Source: an uncultured delta proteobacterium
Lineage (GTDB): Bacteria; Desulfobacterota; Syntrophia; Syntrophales; UBA5619
Reading direction: 5' to 3'
DNA: 64,000 nucleotides
Assembly: GCA_963817385.1 (NCBI GenBank)
Contig: CAWFOM010000001.1
Coordinates: 96,001 to 160,000 of the forward strand
Below the pieces are notes generated by a model. The model saw only the letters and a list, made by a program, of their open reading frames with translations, was not told where the DNA came from and made no database searches. Position numbers and translations under genes: made by a program. Shown here one piece after another: positions 51,442-61,237 of this stretch (its first letter is position 1; the number at the start of each line of letters is the position of its first letter).

Positions 51442-51487
51442 GGATGCATTATCGGGCACTGGCTGTTGAGATGCCTGAGGGCCTGTT

Positions 51488-51919
51488 GTGGTTCTGGCGA
51501 TTCGGGACATCAATTTGACGCAGGTCGTGGCATATTATGAGATCGGACGGGAGATCGTTGAATATGAGCAGGCCGGAAAACGACGCGCCGGTTATGGTGA
51601 AGAGCTTATTGTAAAGTTGGCAGAAGATATGACCGGTAGATTCGGCAGGGGCTTTTCAGAAAGAAATCTCAGGAACATGAGGGCTCTTTATCTTGCACTT
51701 CCAATTCGGCAGACACTGTCTACCGAATTGGAAAGCCAGGTTGCCGCTCCTGCCAATTTTACGCCGTCGCTGTCATGGTCCCATTACTGTGAGTTGCTGA
51801 AGGTGGACGAACCCCTCGCCCGATCCTTCTACGAAAAAGAGTCGTTTCAGAAAAATTGGTCGGTAAGGGAACCGGGGACACCCTCAGGCCATCATAAATG
51901 CGGAAAATTACGTCGCTAA
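51488..51919 (+). pseudogene. DUF1016/YhcG N-terminal fragment (nuclease domain missing)
   Basis: YYEIGREIV..Q....AGYG, GRGFSERNLRNMR, LSWSHYCEL, WSVRE then stop. Confidence 0.8.
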
Positions 51920-51962
51920 TTGATACCATTGACATAAGTTAACGTGCGGGTTAGCCTATCGG

Positions 51963-52114
51963 CGTGATTACTTGAATCGGAAAGGGAAGAAGAGATGAGT
52001 GACCTGAAAAAATATATCGCAAAGCGGAAGAAGACGGATAAGGAATTTGCGGAGGGTTTTGAGGAAGGCTACGAGCAATTCAAGATCGGGGTTGTTCTCG
52101 TATTTTCGACATAG
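51963..52114 (+). pseudogene. Deleted HigBA-like TA remnant (toxin tail + truncated XRE antitoxin)
   Basis: RDYLNRKGKKR* overlapping ATGA of MSDLKKYIAKRKKTDKEFAEGFEEGYEQFKIGVVL (51995-52114), which ends before the HTH. Confidence 0.6.
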
Positions 52115-52129
52115 ATTGAGGAGACATCG

Positions 52130-53176
52130 ATGGACTTTAACCCGAATTTTCTGACGACGCACGTTGGCAGCATGCCGCACACGCAGCTCGACGGCCTGTG
52201 CCGGCAATTGATGGACGCAATGGATATTCCCGCCTGGCCGCAAATGACCAGGCGGGTTTTCCGGGAGAGCATGTATATCCAGTACAGTGCCGGACTGCCC
52301 GGACTCGTGGTTGATGCCGCCAGGGAGAAGATCTTCTTCGACACGACCAATGACCTGACGCCGGCGCTGGAGGCGTTCTACGAGCGCTACCTGGCCGACG
52401 ATGTAGAAGCATTTTCCCTGGCGCCGGAAGATGCAGCCGGTTTTTACGGCATGCTGGAGGTCCTTCGCGCCAAACCGGGAGAGTGGTGCAAGGGCCAGGT
52501 CGTCGGACCGATCAGCTTCGGCCTTACCATCACCGACCAGAACTTGCGCGCCAGCCTCTATGACGAAATGCTGACCGATGCCGTCATCAAGAATATGGCG
52601 ATGAAGGCGCGCTGGCAGGTGCGGCAACTGCGCACGGTGCGCCCCCATGTTCTGATGTGCGTGGACGAACCGTACATGGCCTCCTTCGGCTCGGCCTACA
52701 TCAGCCTGAACCGCGAGCGGGCGATCGCCATGCTGGACGAAATCTTTGCCGCTATTCATCAGGAGGGCGCGTTGGCCGGCGTGCATTGCTGCGCGAATAC
52801 GGACTGGTCCGTCCTTCTGGCGACCTCTGTCGATTTTCTCAACCTGGATGCCTACGGCTACCTTGAGAACCTCGCCCTCTACCCGAATGAGCTGCGGGCG
52901 TTTCTGGATCGCGGGGGGATTATTGCCTGGGGACTGGTGCCAAACTCGGAGGAGATCGACAACACCACACCGACGCAACTGGCGGAGCGCCTCTGGCGGG
53001 GCCTGGAGGCACTGAAAGCGAGCGCGAAGATCCGGGGCGTCGCGCTTAACGCGGAAGAGTTCGCAACCCGCAGTCTTATCACCCCCGCTTGCGGGCTTGG
53101 CTCGACGACCGTTGCGATTGCCGGGCGCGTCCTGGAGAGTCTGCAGGAAACAGCCGAACGGGCACGACGGGGGTAA
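52130..53176 (+). CDS. Core (single-barrel) cobalamin-independent methionine synthase family protein, MesB-like
   Basis: VGSMPH, WPQM, KGQVVGP, VDEP, GVHCCANTDW, ITPACGLG. Confidence 0.82.
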   Translation: MDFNPNFLTTHVGSMPHTQLDGLCRQLMDAMDIPAWPQMTRRVFRESMYIQYSAGLPGLVVDAAREKIFFDTTNDLTPALEAFYERYLADDVEAFSLAPEDAAGFYGMLEVLRAKPGEWCKGQVVGPISFGLTITDQNLRASLYDEMLTDAVIKNMAMKARWQVRQLRTVRPHVLMCVDEPYMASFGSAYISLNRERAIAMLDEIFAAIHQEGALAGVHCCANTDWSVLLATSVDFLNLDAYGYLENLALYPNELRAFLDRGGIIAWGLVPNSEEIDNTTPTQLAERLWRGLEALKASAKIRGVALNAEEFATRSLITPACGLGSTTVAIAGRVLESLQETAERARRG

Positions 53177-53303
53177 GCCGATCTCCCAGGCGCGGCCTCT
53201 GCGCGGCGATTGCTTGCGGATACACACACGATAAAATTTCCGATTGACAGCCGCAAAAAAAACTGTTAGGGGAAACTCAACTATCGAAAAGAGCGAAACG
53301 AAT

Positions 53304-53375
53304 ATGAAGATAACGATCGCAGGGAAGAACTGGTGGTGGTGGAACAACACGAGGGAGGGGTTTGTCCACTGCTGA
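53304..53375 (+). CDS. trpL: trp leader peptide MKITIAGKNWWWWNNTREGFVHC
   Basis: Four tandem TGG codons; TTGACA at 53244; terminators and trpE follow. Confidence 0.9.
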   Translation: MKITIAGKNWWWWNNTREGFVHC

Positions 53376-53396
53376 TCAGATGAACGAATGAAGATG

Positions 53397-53435
53397 AAAG
53401 CCGTGGGGACCTCTTCCGGGACCCACGGCTTTTTT
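53397..53435 (+). terminator. trp attenuator terminator 1
   Basis: AAAGCCGTGGG...CCCACGGCTTTTTT. Confidence 0.85.
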
Positions 53436-53446
53436 GTATAGCGCGC

Positions 53447-53479
53447 AAAAAGGCCGTGACGATTCACGGCCTTTTTTTT
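53447..53479 (+). terminator. trp attenuator terminator 2
   Basis: AAAAAGGCCGTGA..TCACGGCCTTTTTTTT. Confidence 0.85.
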
Positions 53480-53509
53480 ATGATGCGCACCAGGAAAGAG
53501 GAATGGACC

Positions 53510-54991
53510 ATGTATGCACCGGACTTTGAATCGTTTGCGAAGATGGCTAAAGGGGGAAACCTGATCCCCGTCTTTCGGGAGATCATCGCCGATACGGAAA
53601 CCCCCGTCACCGCCCTCATGAAACTGGCGGAGAGCCCCCATCTCTTTCTCCTGGAGAGCGTGGAGGGAGGGGAAAAATGGGGGCGCTACAGCTTCCTCGG
53701 GGCGGACCTCCTGGCGACCTTTCGCGTACAGGGCGGCGAGGTCGTCATCGAGGAGGACGGTGCGGTGCAGCGGCGCCCCCACGGGGGCGATCCCCTGCGC
53801 TTACTGAAAGAACTCCTCAGCCGCTACCGGCCCGTTCATGTGGAAGGGCTGCCGCGGTTCTTCGGAGGGGCCGTCGGATTTCTCGGCTACGACATGGTCC
53901 GCTATTTCGAGAAGCTCCCCGCAGGTGCCGGCGGAGATGTTCCGGCCGACGACGCCGTCTTCATGATCACCGACTCGATCGTCATCTTCGACAACGTCCG
54001 CCACACGATCAAGGTGGTTGCGTGCGCCTTCACCGAAGGGGAGGAAGACCTGCGGCCGGCATACGACGGGGCGCTGGCCAGGATCGAGGCGATGATCGAC
54101 CTTCTCAGGGCCCCCTGTCCCGTGAAGGCCGCCGCGATGCGGAACGAGGCCCTTCCCTTCCGGTCCGACATGACCCCGGATACGTTCAAATCCATGGTCG
54201 TCCGGGCCAAGGAGTACATCGCCCAGGGGGACATCATCCAGGTGGTCCTCTCCCAGCGGTTCCAGCGGGATTCCACGGCGGACCCGGTCGATCTCTACCG
54301 GGCGCTCCGCCATGTGAACCCTTCCCCCTACCTCTTCTTCCTCCGGCTCGAGGAGATGCATCTCATCGGCTCCTCGCCGGAGGTCATGGTCCGCCTCGAG
54401 GAGGGGATCGCCGAACTCAAGCCCATCGCGGGGACGAGGAGGCGGGGGGAAACCGAGCAGGAGGACCGGCGGCTTGCCGACGAACTTCTCGAGGACCCCA
54501 AGGAGCGGGCGGAGCACGTCATGCTCGTCGATCTGGGCAGGAACGACCTCGGGCGGATCGCCCGGACCGGAAGCGTCCAGGTGGGCCAGCTCATGGCGGT
54601 GGAGCGCTACTCCCACGTCATGCACCTCGTCTCGGACATCCAGGCGCAGATAGCCCCGCAGAAAGACTGCTACGACGTCCTCAGGGCAACCTTCCCCGCG
54701 GGAACCCTCTCCGGGGCGCCGAAGGTCCGCGCGATGGAGATCATTGCGGAACTGGAGCCCTCCCGCCGGGGACCTTACGGCGGCGCCGTGGGGTACTTCA
54801 GCTACGACGGCAACATGGATTTCTGCATCACGATCCGGACCATGCTGATCAGAGACGGGAAGATCTTCCTCCAGGCCGGCGCCGGCATCGTGGCCGATTC
54901 CGACCCGGAGGCGGAGTATAAAGAAACGCTCGGCAAGGCGGAGGGGATGGTCCAGGCCGTCCGCCTCGCCGAGTCAGGTTTTGAACTTTAG
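53510..54991 (+). CDS. trpE: Anthranilate synthase component I
   Basis: LLESVEGGEKWGRYS, NPSPY, PIAGTR, EHVMLVDLGRND, GTLSGAPK. Confidence 0.96.
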   Translation: MYAPDFESFAKMAKGGNLIPVFREIIADTETPVTALMKLAESPHLFLLESVEGGEKWGRYSFLGADLLATFRVQGGEVVIEEDGAVQRRPHGGDPLRLLKELLSRYRPVHVEGLPRFFGGAVGFLGYDMVRYFEKLPAGAGGDVPADDAVFMITDSIVIFDNVRHTIKVVACAFTEGEEDLRPAYDGALARIEAMIDLLRAPCPVKAAAMRNEALPFRSDMTPDTFKSMVVRAKEYIAQGDIIQVVLSQRFQRDSTADPVDLYRALRHVNPSPYLFFLRLEEMHLIGSSPEVMVRLEEGIAELKPIAGTRRRGETEQEDRRLADELLEDPKERAEHVMLVDLGRNDLGRIARTGSVQVGQLMAVERYSHVMHLVSDIQAQIAPQKDCYDVLRATFPAGTLSGAPKVRAMEIIAELEPSRRGPYGGAVGYFSYDGNMDFCITIRTMLIRDGKIFLQAGAGIVADSDPEAEYKETLGKAEGMVQAVRLAESGFEL

Positions 54992-55020
54992 AAGGGTGCA
55001 AAAAAACACCCTGGTTTCCA

Positions 55021-55140
55021 GGCTGTTCAAAAATGTTTAGATGCAAGGCGTGCAAAAGCCGAAGAGCGAGACGTATATGGAAATACGTTGAGCGATGAGG
55101 ATTGCAGCGCAACGCAGCAGATGAGCGTTTTTCAACAGCC
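55021..55140 (+). repeat. MITE-like repeat between trpE and trpG
   Basis: TIRs GGCTGTTCAAAAA / TTTTTCAACAGCC; core GCAAGGCG..GCAGCGCAACGC related to the aroC-flanking repeats. Confidence 0.75.
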
Positions 55141-55161
55141 GGTTAAACAAGGAGGAAAACC

Positions 55162-55752
55162 ATGATACTAATGATCGACAACTATGATTCCTTTACCTAC
55201 AACCTGGTCCAGTACCTGGGCCAGCTCGGGGAGGAGGTGGCCGTCCGCCGGAACGACGCGATCTCTCTCGTCGAGATCGAGGCGATGAAACCGGAGGCGA
55301 TCTTTCTCTCCCCCGGCCCCTGTTCGCCGGAGCAGGCGGGAATCACCGTCGACGTGGTCCGGACGTTCCACACGAAGATCCCTATCCTGGGAGTCTGCCT
55401 GGGTCACCAGGCGATCGGCCAAGCTTTCGGCGGCCGGGTCGTCCGGGCGGGGAGGATCATGCACGGCAAGACCTCTCCGATCCTCAACGACGGGCGGACG
55501 ATCTTCGCGGGGCTCGCCAGCCCCTTTCCGGCGGGCCGGTACCACTCGCTCATCGTGGAGCGGGAAAGCCTTCCCGACTGCCTGGAGATCAGCGCGGAGA
55601 CGGAGGAAGGGGAGATCATGGGGCTCCGGCACAAACGATGGCCCGTGGAGGGGATCCAGTTCCATCCCGAATCGATCCTGACGCCGGGCGGAAAACGGAT
55701 TATCCGGAATTTCCTCAAACTGATCGACCGAAAAAGGGGGTGCGACGCATGA
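55162..55752 (+). CDS. trpG: Anthranilate synthase component II (glutamine amidotransferase)
   Basis: [28 protein letters not shown]. Confidence 0.96.
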   Translation: MILMIDNYDSFTYNLVQYLGQLGEEVAVRRNDAISLVEIEAMKPEAIFLSPGPCSPEQAGITVDVVRTFHTKIPILGVCLGHQAIGQAFGGRVVRAGRIMHGKTSPILNDGRTIFAGLASPFPAGRYHSLIVERESLPDCLEISAETEEGEIMGLRHKRWPVEGIQFHPESILTPGGKRIIRNFLKLIDRKRGCDA

Positions 55753-56762
55753 TCAAGGAAGGGATTGCCAAAACAGTCCGCGGGGAGGACCTGCGGGAAG
55801 CGGAGATGATGACCGTCATGACGGAAGTGATGGAGGGGGAAGCGACGCCCGCTCAGATCGCCGCCTTTATGACCGCTCTTCGGATGAAGGGGGAGACGGT
55901 GGAGGAGGTGACGGGGGCGGCCCGCATCATGCGGCAGAAGGCGACACGGATCGACGCCCGCTCGTCGATTGTTGTGGACACCTGCGGGACGGGCGGGGAC
56001 GGGAGCAACACCTTCAACATTTCCACGACGACCGCCTTCGTCGTCGCGGCGGCCGGTCTCATCGTGGCCAAGCACGGAAACCGGGCGGTCTCCAGCGGCT
56101 GCGGGAGCGCGGACGTCCTGGAGGCACTCGGTGTCAAGATCGACGCGGGTCCGGAGGTCGTGGAGGAGTGCCTCCAGGAAATCGGCATCGGCTTCCTCTT
56201 CGCACCCCGGCTCCACGGGGCGATGAAATACGCGATCGGCCCCCGCCGGGAGATCGGCATCCGGACGATCTTCAACATGCTGGGACCGCTCACGAACCCC
56301 GCCGGCGCAACCTCCCAGCTCATCGGGGTATACGATCCGAAGCTCACGGAGATGTTCGCCGGGGTCCTCAAAAACCTGGGAACCCGGCGGGCCTTCATCG
56401 TCCACGGCGCCGACGGCCTTGACGAGGCGACCGTCACGAGGGAAACCCGGGTCTCAGAGCTGAAGGAGGGACTGATCACAACCTACAACCTCGATCCCCT
56501 GGATCTCTTCGGCGAGACCTCCCCGGCTGCCGATCTCCGGGGCGGTGACGCCGAGGCGAACGCCCGGATCACGACGGAGGTCCTGAGCGGCGGCCGGCCG
56601 GGGGCATGCCGGCAGATCGTTATCCTGAACGCGGCCCTCGCCATCGTGGCGGGGGGCAAGGCCGGAACGATTCAGGAGGGAATGGCGACCGCCGGGGCGT
56701 GCATCGACAGCGGCGCCGCCCTCAAGAAACTCCAGGCGCTGGTTGCGCGGAGCAACAGTTGA
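55749..56762 (+). CDS. trpD: Anthranilate phosphoribosyltransferase
   Basis: [22 protein letters not shown]. Confidence 0.96.
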   Translation: MIKEGIAKTVRGEDLREAEMMTVMTEVMEGEATPAQIAAFMTALRMKGETVEEVTGAARIMRQKATRIDARSSIVVDTCGTGGDGSNTFNISTTTAFVVAAAGLIVAKHGNRAVSSGCGSADVLEALGVKIDAGPEVVEECLQEIGIGFLFAPRLHGAMKYAIGPRREIGIRTIFNMLGPLTNPAGATSQLIGVYDPKLTEMFAGVLKNLGTRRAFIVHGADGLDEATVTRETRVSELKEGLITTYNLDPLDLFGETSPAADLRGGDAEANARITTEVLSGGRPGACRQIVILNAALAIVAGGKAGTIQEGMATAGACIDSGAALKKLQALVARSNS

Positions 56763-56772
56763 GGATAATCGC

Positions 56773-57570
56773 ATGATTCTGGATGATATCATCGCGGTCA
56801 AGCGCCGCGAGGTGGCCGAAAGGAAGGACGCGATCCCCCTCTCCGCGCTGGAGACGACCATCTCGGGGATGCCGCCAACCCGCGATTTTCGGAAGGCGCT
56901 CGCCGGCGGGGGCTGCGCGATCATCGCCGAGGTGAAGCGGCGCTCACCCTCCCGGGGGGTGATCCGGGAAGATTTCGACCCCGTCCGGATCGCCGGCGCG
57001 TATGAAGAAAACGGGGCGGCTGCCGTCTCCGTCCTTACGGACGAGACCTTTTTCGGGGGGAGCAGCGGCGATCTCACCGCCGTAAAAGGCGCGATCTCGC
57101 TTCCCGTCCTCCGGAAGGAGTTCATCATCGACCCCTGGCAGATCCACGAGACGCGGGCGATCGGCGCCGACGCGCTCCTCCTCATCGCGGCCATCCTCGG
57201 GGAGAATCAGCTTCGGGAATTTCGTGAACTCGCCGCATCGCTGGGGCTGGCCTCCCTGGTGGAGATCCATAACCGCCGCGAGCTGGAGAAGGCGCTCGCC
57301 TCCGGTGCGGAGATCATCGGGATCAACAACCGGGACCTGAGGAGCTTCACGACCGACATCGCGACATCGCTTGCCCTCGCCCCGCTCATCCCGGCGGACC
57401 GGATCATCGTCAGCGAAAGCGGGATCCATTCGCGGGCGGAGATCGAAACCTTGGTGCAGGCGGGGATCCGGGCCTTCCTGATCGGTGAGGCGCTGGTCGC
57501 ATCACCGGACATCGGGGCGACACTGAGGGGTTTTCTTGGAGCCGACTTATCGGGGGAACGGCAACAATGA
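56773..57570 (+). CDS. trpC: Indole-3-glycerol-phosphate synthase
   Basis: IAEVKRRSPS, LRKEF, GINNRDL, SESGI. Confidence 0.96.
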   Translation: MILDDIIAVKRREVAERKDAIPLSALETTISGMPPTRDFRKALAGGGCAIIAEVKRRSPSRGVIREDFDPVRIAGAYEENGAAAVSVLTDETFFGGSSGDLTAVKGAISLPVLRKEFIIDPWQIHETRAIGADALLLIAAILGENQLREFRELAASLGLASLVEIHNRRELEKALASGAEIIGINNRDLRSFTTDIATSLALAPLIPADRIIVSESGIHSRAEIETLVQAGIRAFLIGEALVASPDIGATLRGFLGADLSGERQQ

Positions 57571-58283
57571 CGGAGATCAAGATCTGCGGGATCACGCGCC
57601 TCGAAGACGCCCTCTGCGCCGTCGAGAGCGGGGCGGACGCCGTCGGGTTCATCTTCCACCCGGCGAGCCCGCGGTACATCGCGCCCGATCAGGCACGGGA
57701 GATCATCGCGCAGCTTCCCGGGAAGATCGCGAAGGTCGGCGTCTTCGTCAACTGGCCCGCGGAAGAAGTGGAGCGGACAATGGAGGCGTGCGGCCTCGAC
57801 CTGATCCAGCTCCACGGCGACGAATCCCCCGCCTACTGCCGCCTCCTTCCCCCCGGACGGGTGATCAAGGCCGTCTTTCTGCGGACGCCCGAGGAGCTTG
57901 CGCGGCTTGCGGAGTACGAGGTCCGGGCTTTCCTCGCGGACGCCCGGGATGCCGGTCGCTACGGGGGGACAGGGAAGCGGGCCGACTGGGAGCTCGCCGC
58001 CCGGCTCGCGGAGTCGCACCCCCTGATCCTCGCCGGCGGTCTCGCCGAGGAGAATGTCGCGGAGGCCCTCGCCGCCGTCGCCCCCCGCGGCGTGGACATC
58101 AACAGCGGCTGCGAGCGGACGCCGGGGATCAAGGACCATGACCGTCTGCGGCGGATCATTGGGATGGTTCGGGGGATGGTTCGAGGGATGGACCCCGCGG
58201 GAGGCGCGCCCGGATCGAACGTCATATTCGATGCCCGCAGAGAAATTCAGGACAGCCTCAAATCCGGAAAGGAAATACCATGA
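57567..58283 (+). CDS. trpF: Phosphoribosylanthranilate isomerase
   Basis: KICGIT, QLHGDE, GGTG, LAGGL, DINSG. Confidence 0.95.
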   Translation: MTEIKICGITRLEDALCAVESGADAVGFIFHPASPRYIAPDQAREIIAQLPGKIAKVGVFVNWPAEEVERTMEACGLDLIQLHGDESPAYCRLLPPGRVIKAVFLRTPEELARLAEYEVRAFLADARDAGRYGGTGKRADWELAARLAESHPLILAGGLAEENVAEALAAVAPRGVDINSGCERTPGIKDHDRLRRIIGMVRGMVRGMDPAGGAPGSNVIFDARREIQDSLKSGKEIP

Positions 58284-59476
58284 CACGAACACAACCCGAC
58301 AAACGCGGCCACTTCGGGATCTTCGGCGGGCGTTACGCGGCCGAGACCCTGATGCCCGCCCTGCTGGAACTGGAGGCCGCCTATCGTACGGCGAAAAAGG
58401 ACCCATCCTTTAAAAAGGAGTTCGCCTTCTACCTGCATGAGTACGCGGGGCGGGAGACGCCCCTCTATGAGGCGCGGAGGCTCACGGAGGCCTTGGGCGG
58501 CGCGAAGATCTACCTCAAGCGGGAGGACATGAACCATACCGGTTCGCACAAGATCAACAACACTCTCGGACAGGTCCTCCTCGCCCGGCGGATGGGGAAG
58601 AAAAAGGTGATCGCCGAGACCGGGGCGGGCCAGCACGGCGTGGCCACCGCGACGGCGGCGGCGCTCTTCGGGATGGAGTGCCGGATCTTCATGGGGGAGG
58701 AGGACATCCGGCGGCAGTCCCACAACGTCCACCGGATGCGGATCCTCGGCGCCGAGGTGGTCCCCGTCGCCGCCGGGACGGCGACCCTCAAGGACGCGAT
58801 GAACGAGGCGATGCGCGCCTGGGTCACCGCGGTCCGCGACACCTTCTACGTCATCGGCACCACGGCCGGCCCCCACCCCTACCCGGTCATGGTCCGCGAT
58901 TTCCAGAGCGTCATCGGCCGGGAGGCGAGGCGGCAGATCCTGAAGAAGGAAGGAAGGCTCCCCGATGGCCTCATCGCCTGCATCGGCGGCGGGAGCAACG
59001 CCCTGGGGCTCTTCCACCCCTTCCTGGGCGATCCCGGCGTATCCCTGACCGGCGTCGAGGCGGCCGGAAAAGGGCTCGACACGGCGCTCCATGCGGCGAG
59101 CATCACGGCAGGCTGGATCGGCGTCCTCCACGGGAACAAGACCTATCTCCTCCAGGACGAGCACGGCCAGGTCCGGGACGCCTACGCGATCGCCGCCGGC
59201 CTCGACTATCCCGGCGTGGGGCCGGAGCATGCCTGGCTCCACGACACGGGGCGCGCCCGCTACGTCGCTGTCACGGACGCGGAGGCGGTGGAGGCCTTCG
59301 TCACGCTCTCCCGCCAGGAGGGGATCATCCCCGCCCTGGAGAGCGCCCATGCCGTCGCTTACGCGATCAAGACGGTGCCGGCCATGGCAAAGGAGAAGAT
59401 CGTGATCATCAACCTCTCCGGCCGGGGAGACAAGGATGCGGAGACGATCGCCGCGATGAGGGAGGAAAAGAGATAA
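58280..59476 (+). CDS. trpB: Tryptophan synthase beta subunit
   Basis: [32 protein letters not shown]. Confidence 0.97.
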   Translation: MTRTQPDKRGHFGIFGGRYAAETLMPALLELEAAYRTAKKDPSFKKEFAFYLHEYAGRETPLYEARRLTEALGGAKIYLKREDMNHTGSHKINNTLGQVLLARRMGKKKVIAETGAGQHGVATATAAALFGMECRIFMGEEDIRRQSHNVHRMRILGAEVVPVAAGTATLKDAMNEAMRAWVTAVRDTFYVIGTTAGPHPYPVMVRDFQSVIGREARRQILKKEGRLPDGLIACIGGGSNALGLFHPFLGDPGVSLTGVEAAGKGLDTALHAASITAGWIGVLHGNKTYLLQDEHGQVRDAYAIAAGLDYPGVGPEHAWLHDTGRARYVAVTDAEAVEAFVTLSRQEGIIPALESAHAVAYAIKTVPAMAKEKIVIINLSGRGDKDAETIAAMREEKR

Positions 59477-60283
59477 TGGGACGGATCGAAGCGAAATTCG
59501 CGGCACTGAAAAAGGCGAACCGGAAGGCGTTCGTCGCCTACCTGACGGCGGGCGATCCGGATCTGGAGACCACCGCAAGAGCTGATCCCCGCTCTGGAAG
59601 CCGCCGGGGTGGACGTCGTCGAGATCGGCGTCCCCTTCTCGGACCCGACGGCAGACGGTCCCGCGATCCAGGCCGCCTCCCAGCGCGCTCTCAAACGGGG
59701 GGCCACCCTGGCGAAGATCCTCGCGATGATCGCCGGGCTTCGCCAAACGAGCACAATGCCGATCGTCCTGTTCGGCTACTACAACCCGATCCTCAGCTAC
59801 GGACCGGAGAAGTTCGCGGCGGACGCGGCGGCCTCCGGCGTAGACGGCATCCTCGTCGTCGATCTCCCCCCCGAGGAGGCGGACGAACTGCGCCGCTTCA
59901 CGGACCCGGCGGGGCTGGCGTTCATCACGCTCATCGCCCCGACGACCGATCCGGCGCGCGCGCGGAAGATCCTCCGGGGAGCGACGGGGTTCGTCTACTA
60001 CATCTCGGTGACCGGCGTCACGGGAACGGCCGTCCCCCGGCCCGATGATGTCCGGCAGGACGTGGAGAGACTCAGGGGAATGACGGCGCTTCCTGTCGCC
60101 GTGGGCTTCGGCATCTCCACGCCCGACCAGGCGGCAGCCATCGCCCCCCTGGCCGACGGCGTCGTCGTCGGGAGCGCCCTGGTCCGCCTGATCGGTGAGA
60201 AGGGTGAACACATCGATCTCATCCCGGCCGCAGCAACATTCGCGGCGACAATCCGCCGCGCGATCGACGCCGCCTCGCATTGA
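59476..60283 (+). CDS. trpA: Tryptophan synthase alpha subunit; frameshift near 59578
   Basis: YLTAGDPD, then EIGVPFSDPTADGP, GFGI, VVGSA. Confidence 0.93.
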
Positions 60284-60373
60284 GCGCCTTGCCGACTGCC
60301 ACCATGCCGGAATTCAGAACGGTAATTGGTCTTGAAACTCAAGCGATCCTCAATTGATCATGCCGCATTAACA

Positions 60374-60616
60374 TCATAAAGACATTGCTTTTACAGTGGA
60401 TTCTGCTGAGGATACAGGCTGCAGAGATACCCATGTACGCAATTCTGCCCTTGTGCGCGGAGGTAATGAGGAAAAGGTATGCATTCCCTGTCGATCGTCG
60501 AGGCTGTCAATAAATAGCAATTCATTCTTATGGCCAGCCCTCTTTCCTATAATGAGAATGCACATAATGAAAAATACGCATAAAATCAGAAGCAATGAAA
60601 CCATTATCAAAATCAT
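60374..60616 (-). CDS. Possible small single-TM protein
   Basis: RBS GAGGGAG before MILIMVSLLLILCVFF..; AT-rich; no recognised family. Confidence 0.35.
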   Translation of the reverse strand: MILIMVSLLLILCVFFIMCILIIGKRAGHKNELLFIDSLDDRQGMHTFSSLPPRTRAELRTWVSLQPVSSAESTVKAMSL

Positions 60617-61237
60617 CTCTCCCTCCCTCATAAGACCATTCCGGGGAAATTTCCGGATTTCAAAGTCTACGACGATAGACATTTTGTCATTGCCGCTCTC
60701 AGTGTTAGTTGTACAAAATTCGTCCCATCCTAATTTTACACGTGTATCAATCAAATTTTTTGAAGGAATTTTAGCAAGAAAAAAGAAAGGAGGTGCTGGG
60801 AGACCATTTCTGTTCCCCCAGCGAGGAAGAAATGAAAAAAATGGGAAACCTGATTGCATAATTGATCGTTTATACTGTCTGCTATCCGTGCCCGTTACGT
60901 TCAGCCGACAGCTTACCTTTGTACATAGGTATTACAGGATGTGTGCCAAAGTCGGATAAATTACTTAACCTGTGATAATATAATTGCAAACTCAGATTTT
61001 CGAGAAATGACAAAAGTGGAAATAGCGGACTATTTTCGACATAAATTGTCGGCTACTTTCGGGAATGTAATAGTAATCCTTATAATTGTAGATAGTTATT
61101 ATCGTGTGCTTTTTGTATGGTATGCCGACAAAATTGTCGAAAGTCATCGTCAGCGGGTATCGTGGCGAGGCACGACGCGACTGCTGCCATGGCAAACGCC
61201 ATACAGCCGGCACGGGTGAAATGATTACGGCAACGTT

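Noticed and set aside
58161..58191. 12-bp tandem repeat (GGGATGGTTCGR x2.5) in the trpF tail
   Set aside because: In-frame micro-duplication in a variable C-terminus; no evident function.
1623..60280. Long antisense or overlapping ORFs (e.g. 1623..3155, 3310..4671, 19488..20810, 36449..37873, 51968..53782, 58247..60280)
   Set aside because: Shadow frames of well-supported genes in GC-rich DNA; no recognisable motifs.
5094..60283. More than a dozen apparent frameshifts in conserved genes (flavodoxin, MidA, CoA ligase, citF, aroD/E/C, pldA, cyclophilin, TPP enzyme, trpA) as pseudogenisation or programmed frameshifting
   Set aside because: They look like scattered single-base indels, several at G/C runs, with no in-frame stops or other decay; most consistent with sequencing/assembly error. 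Read mapping would settle it.
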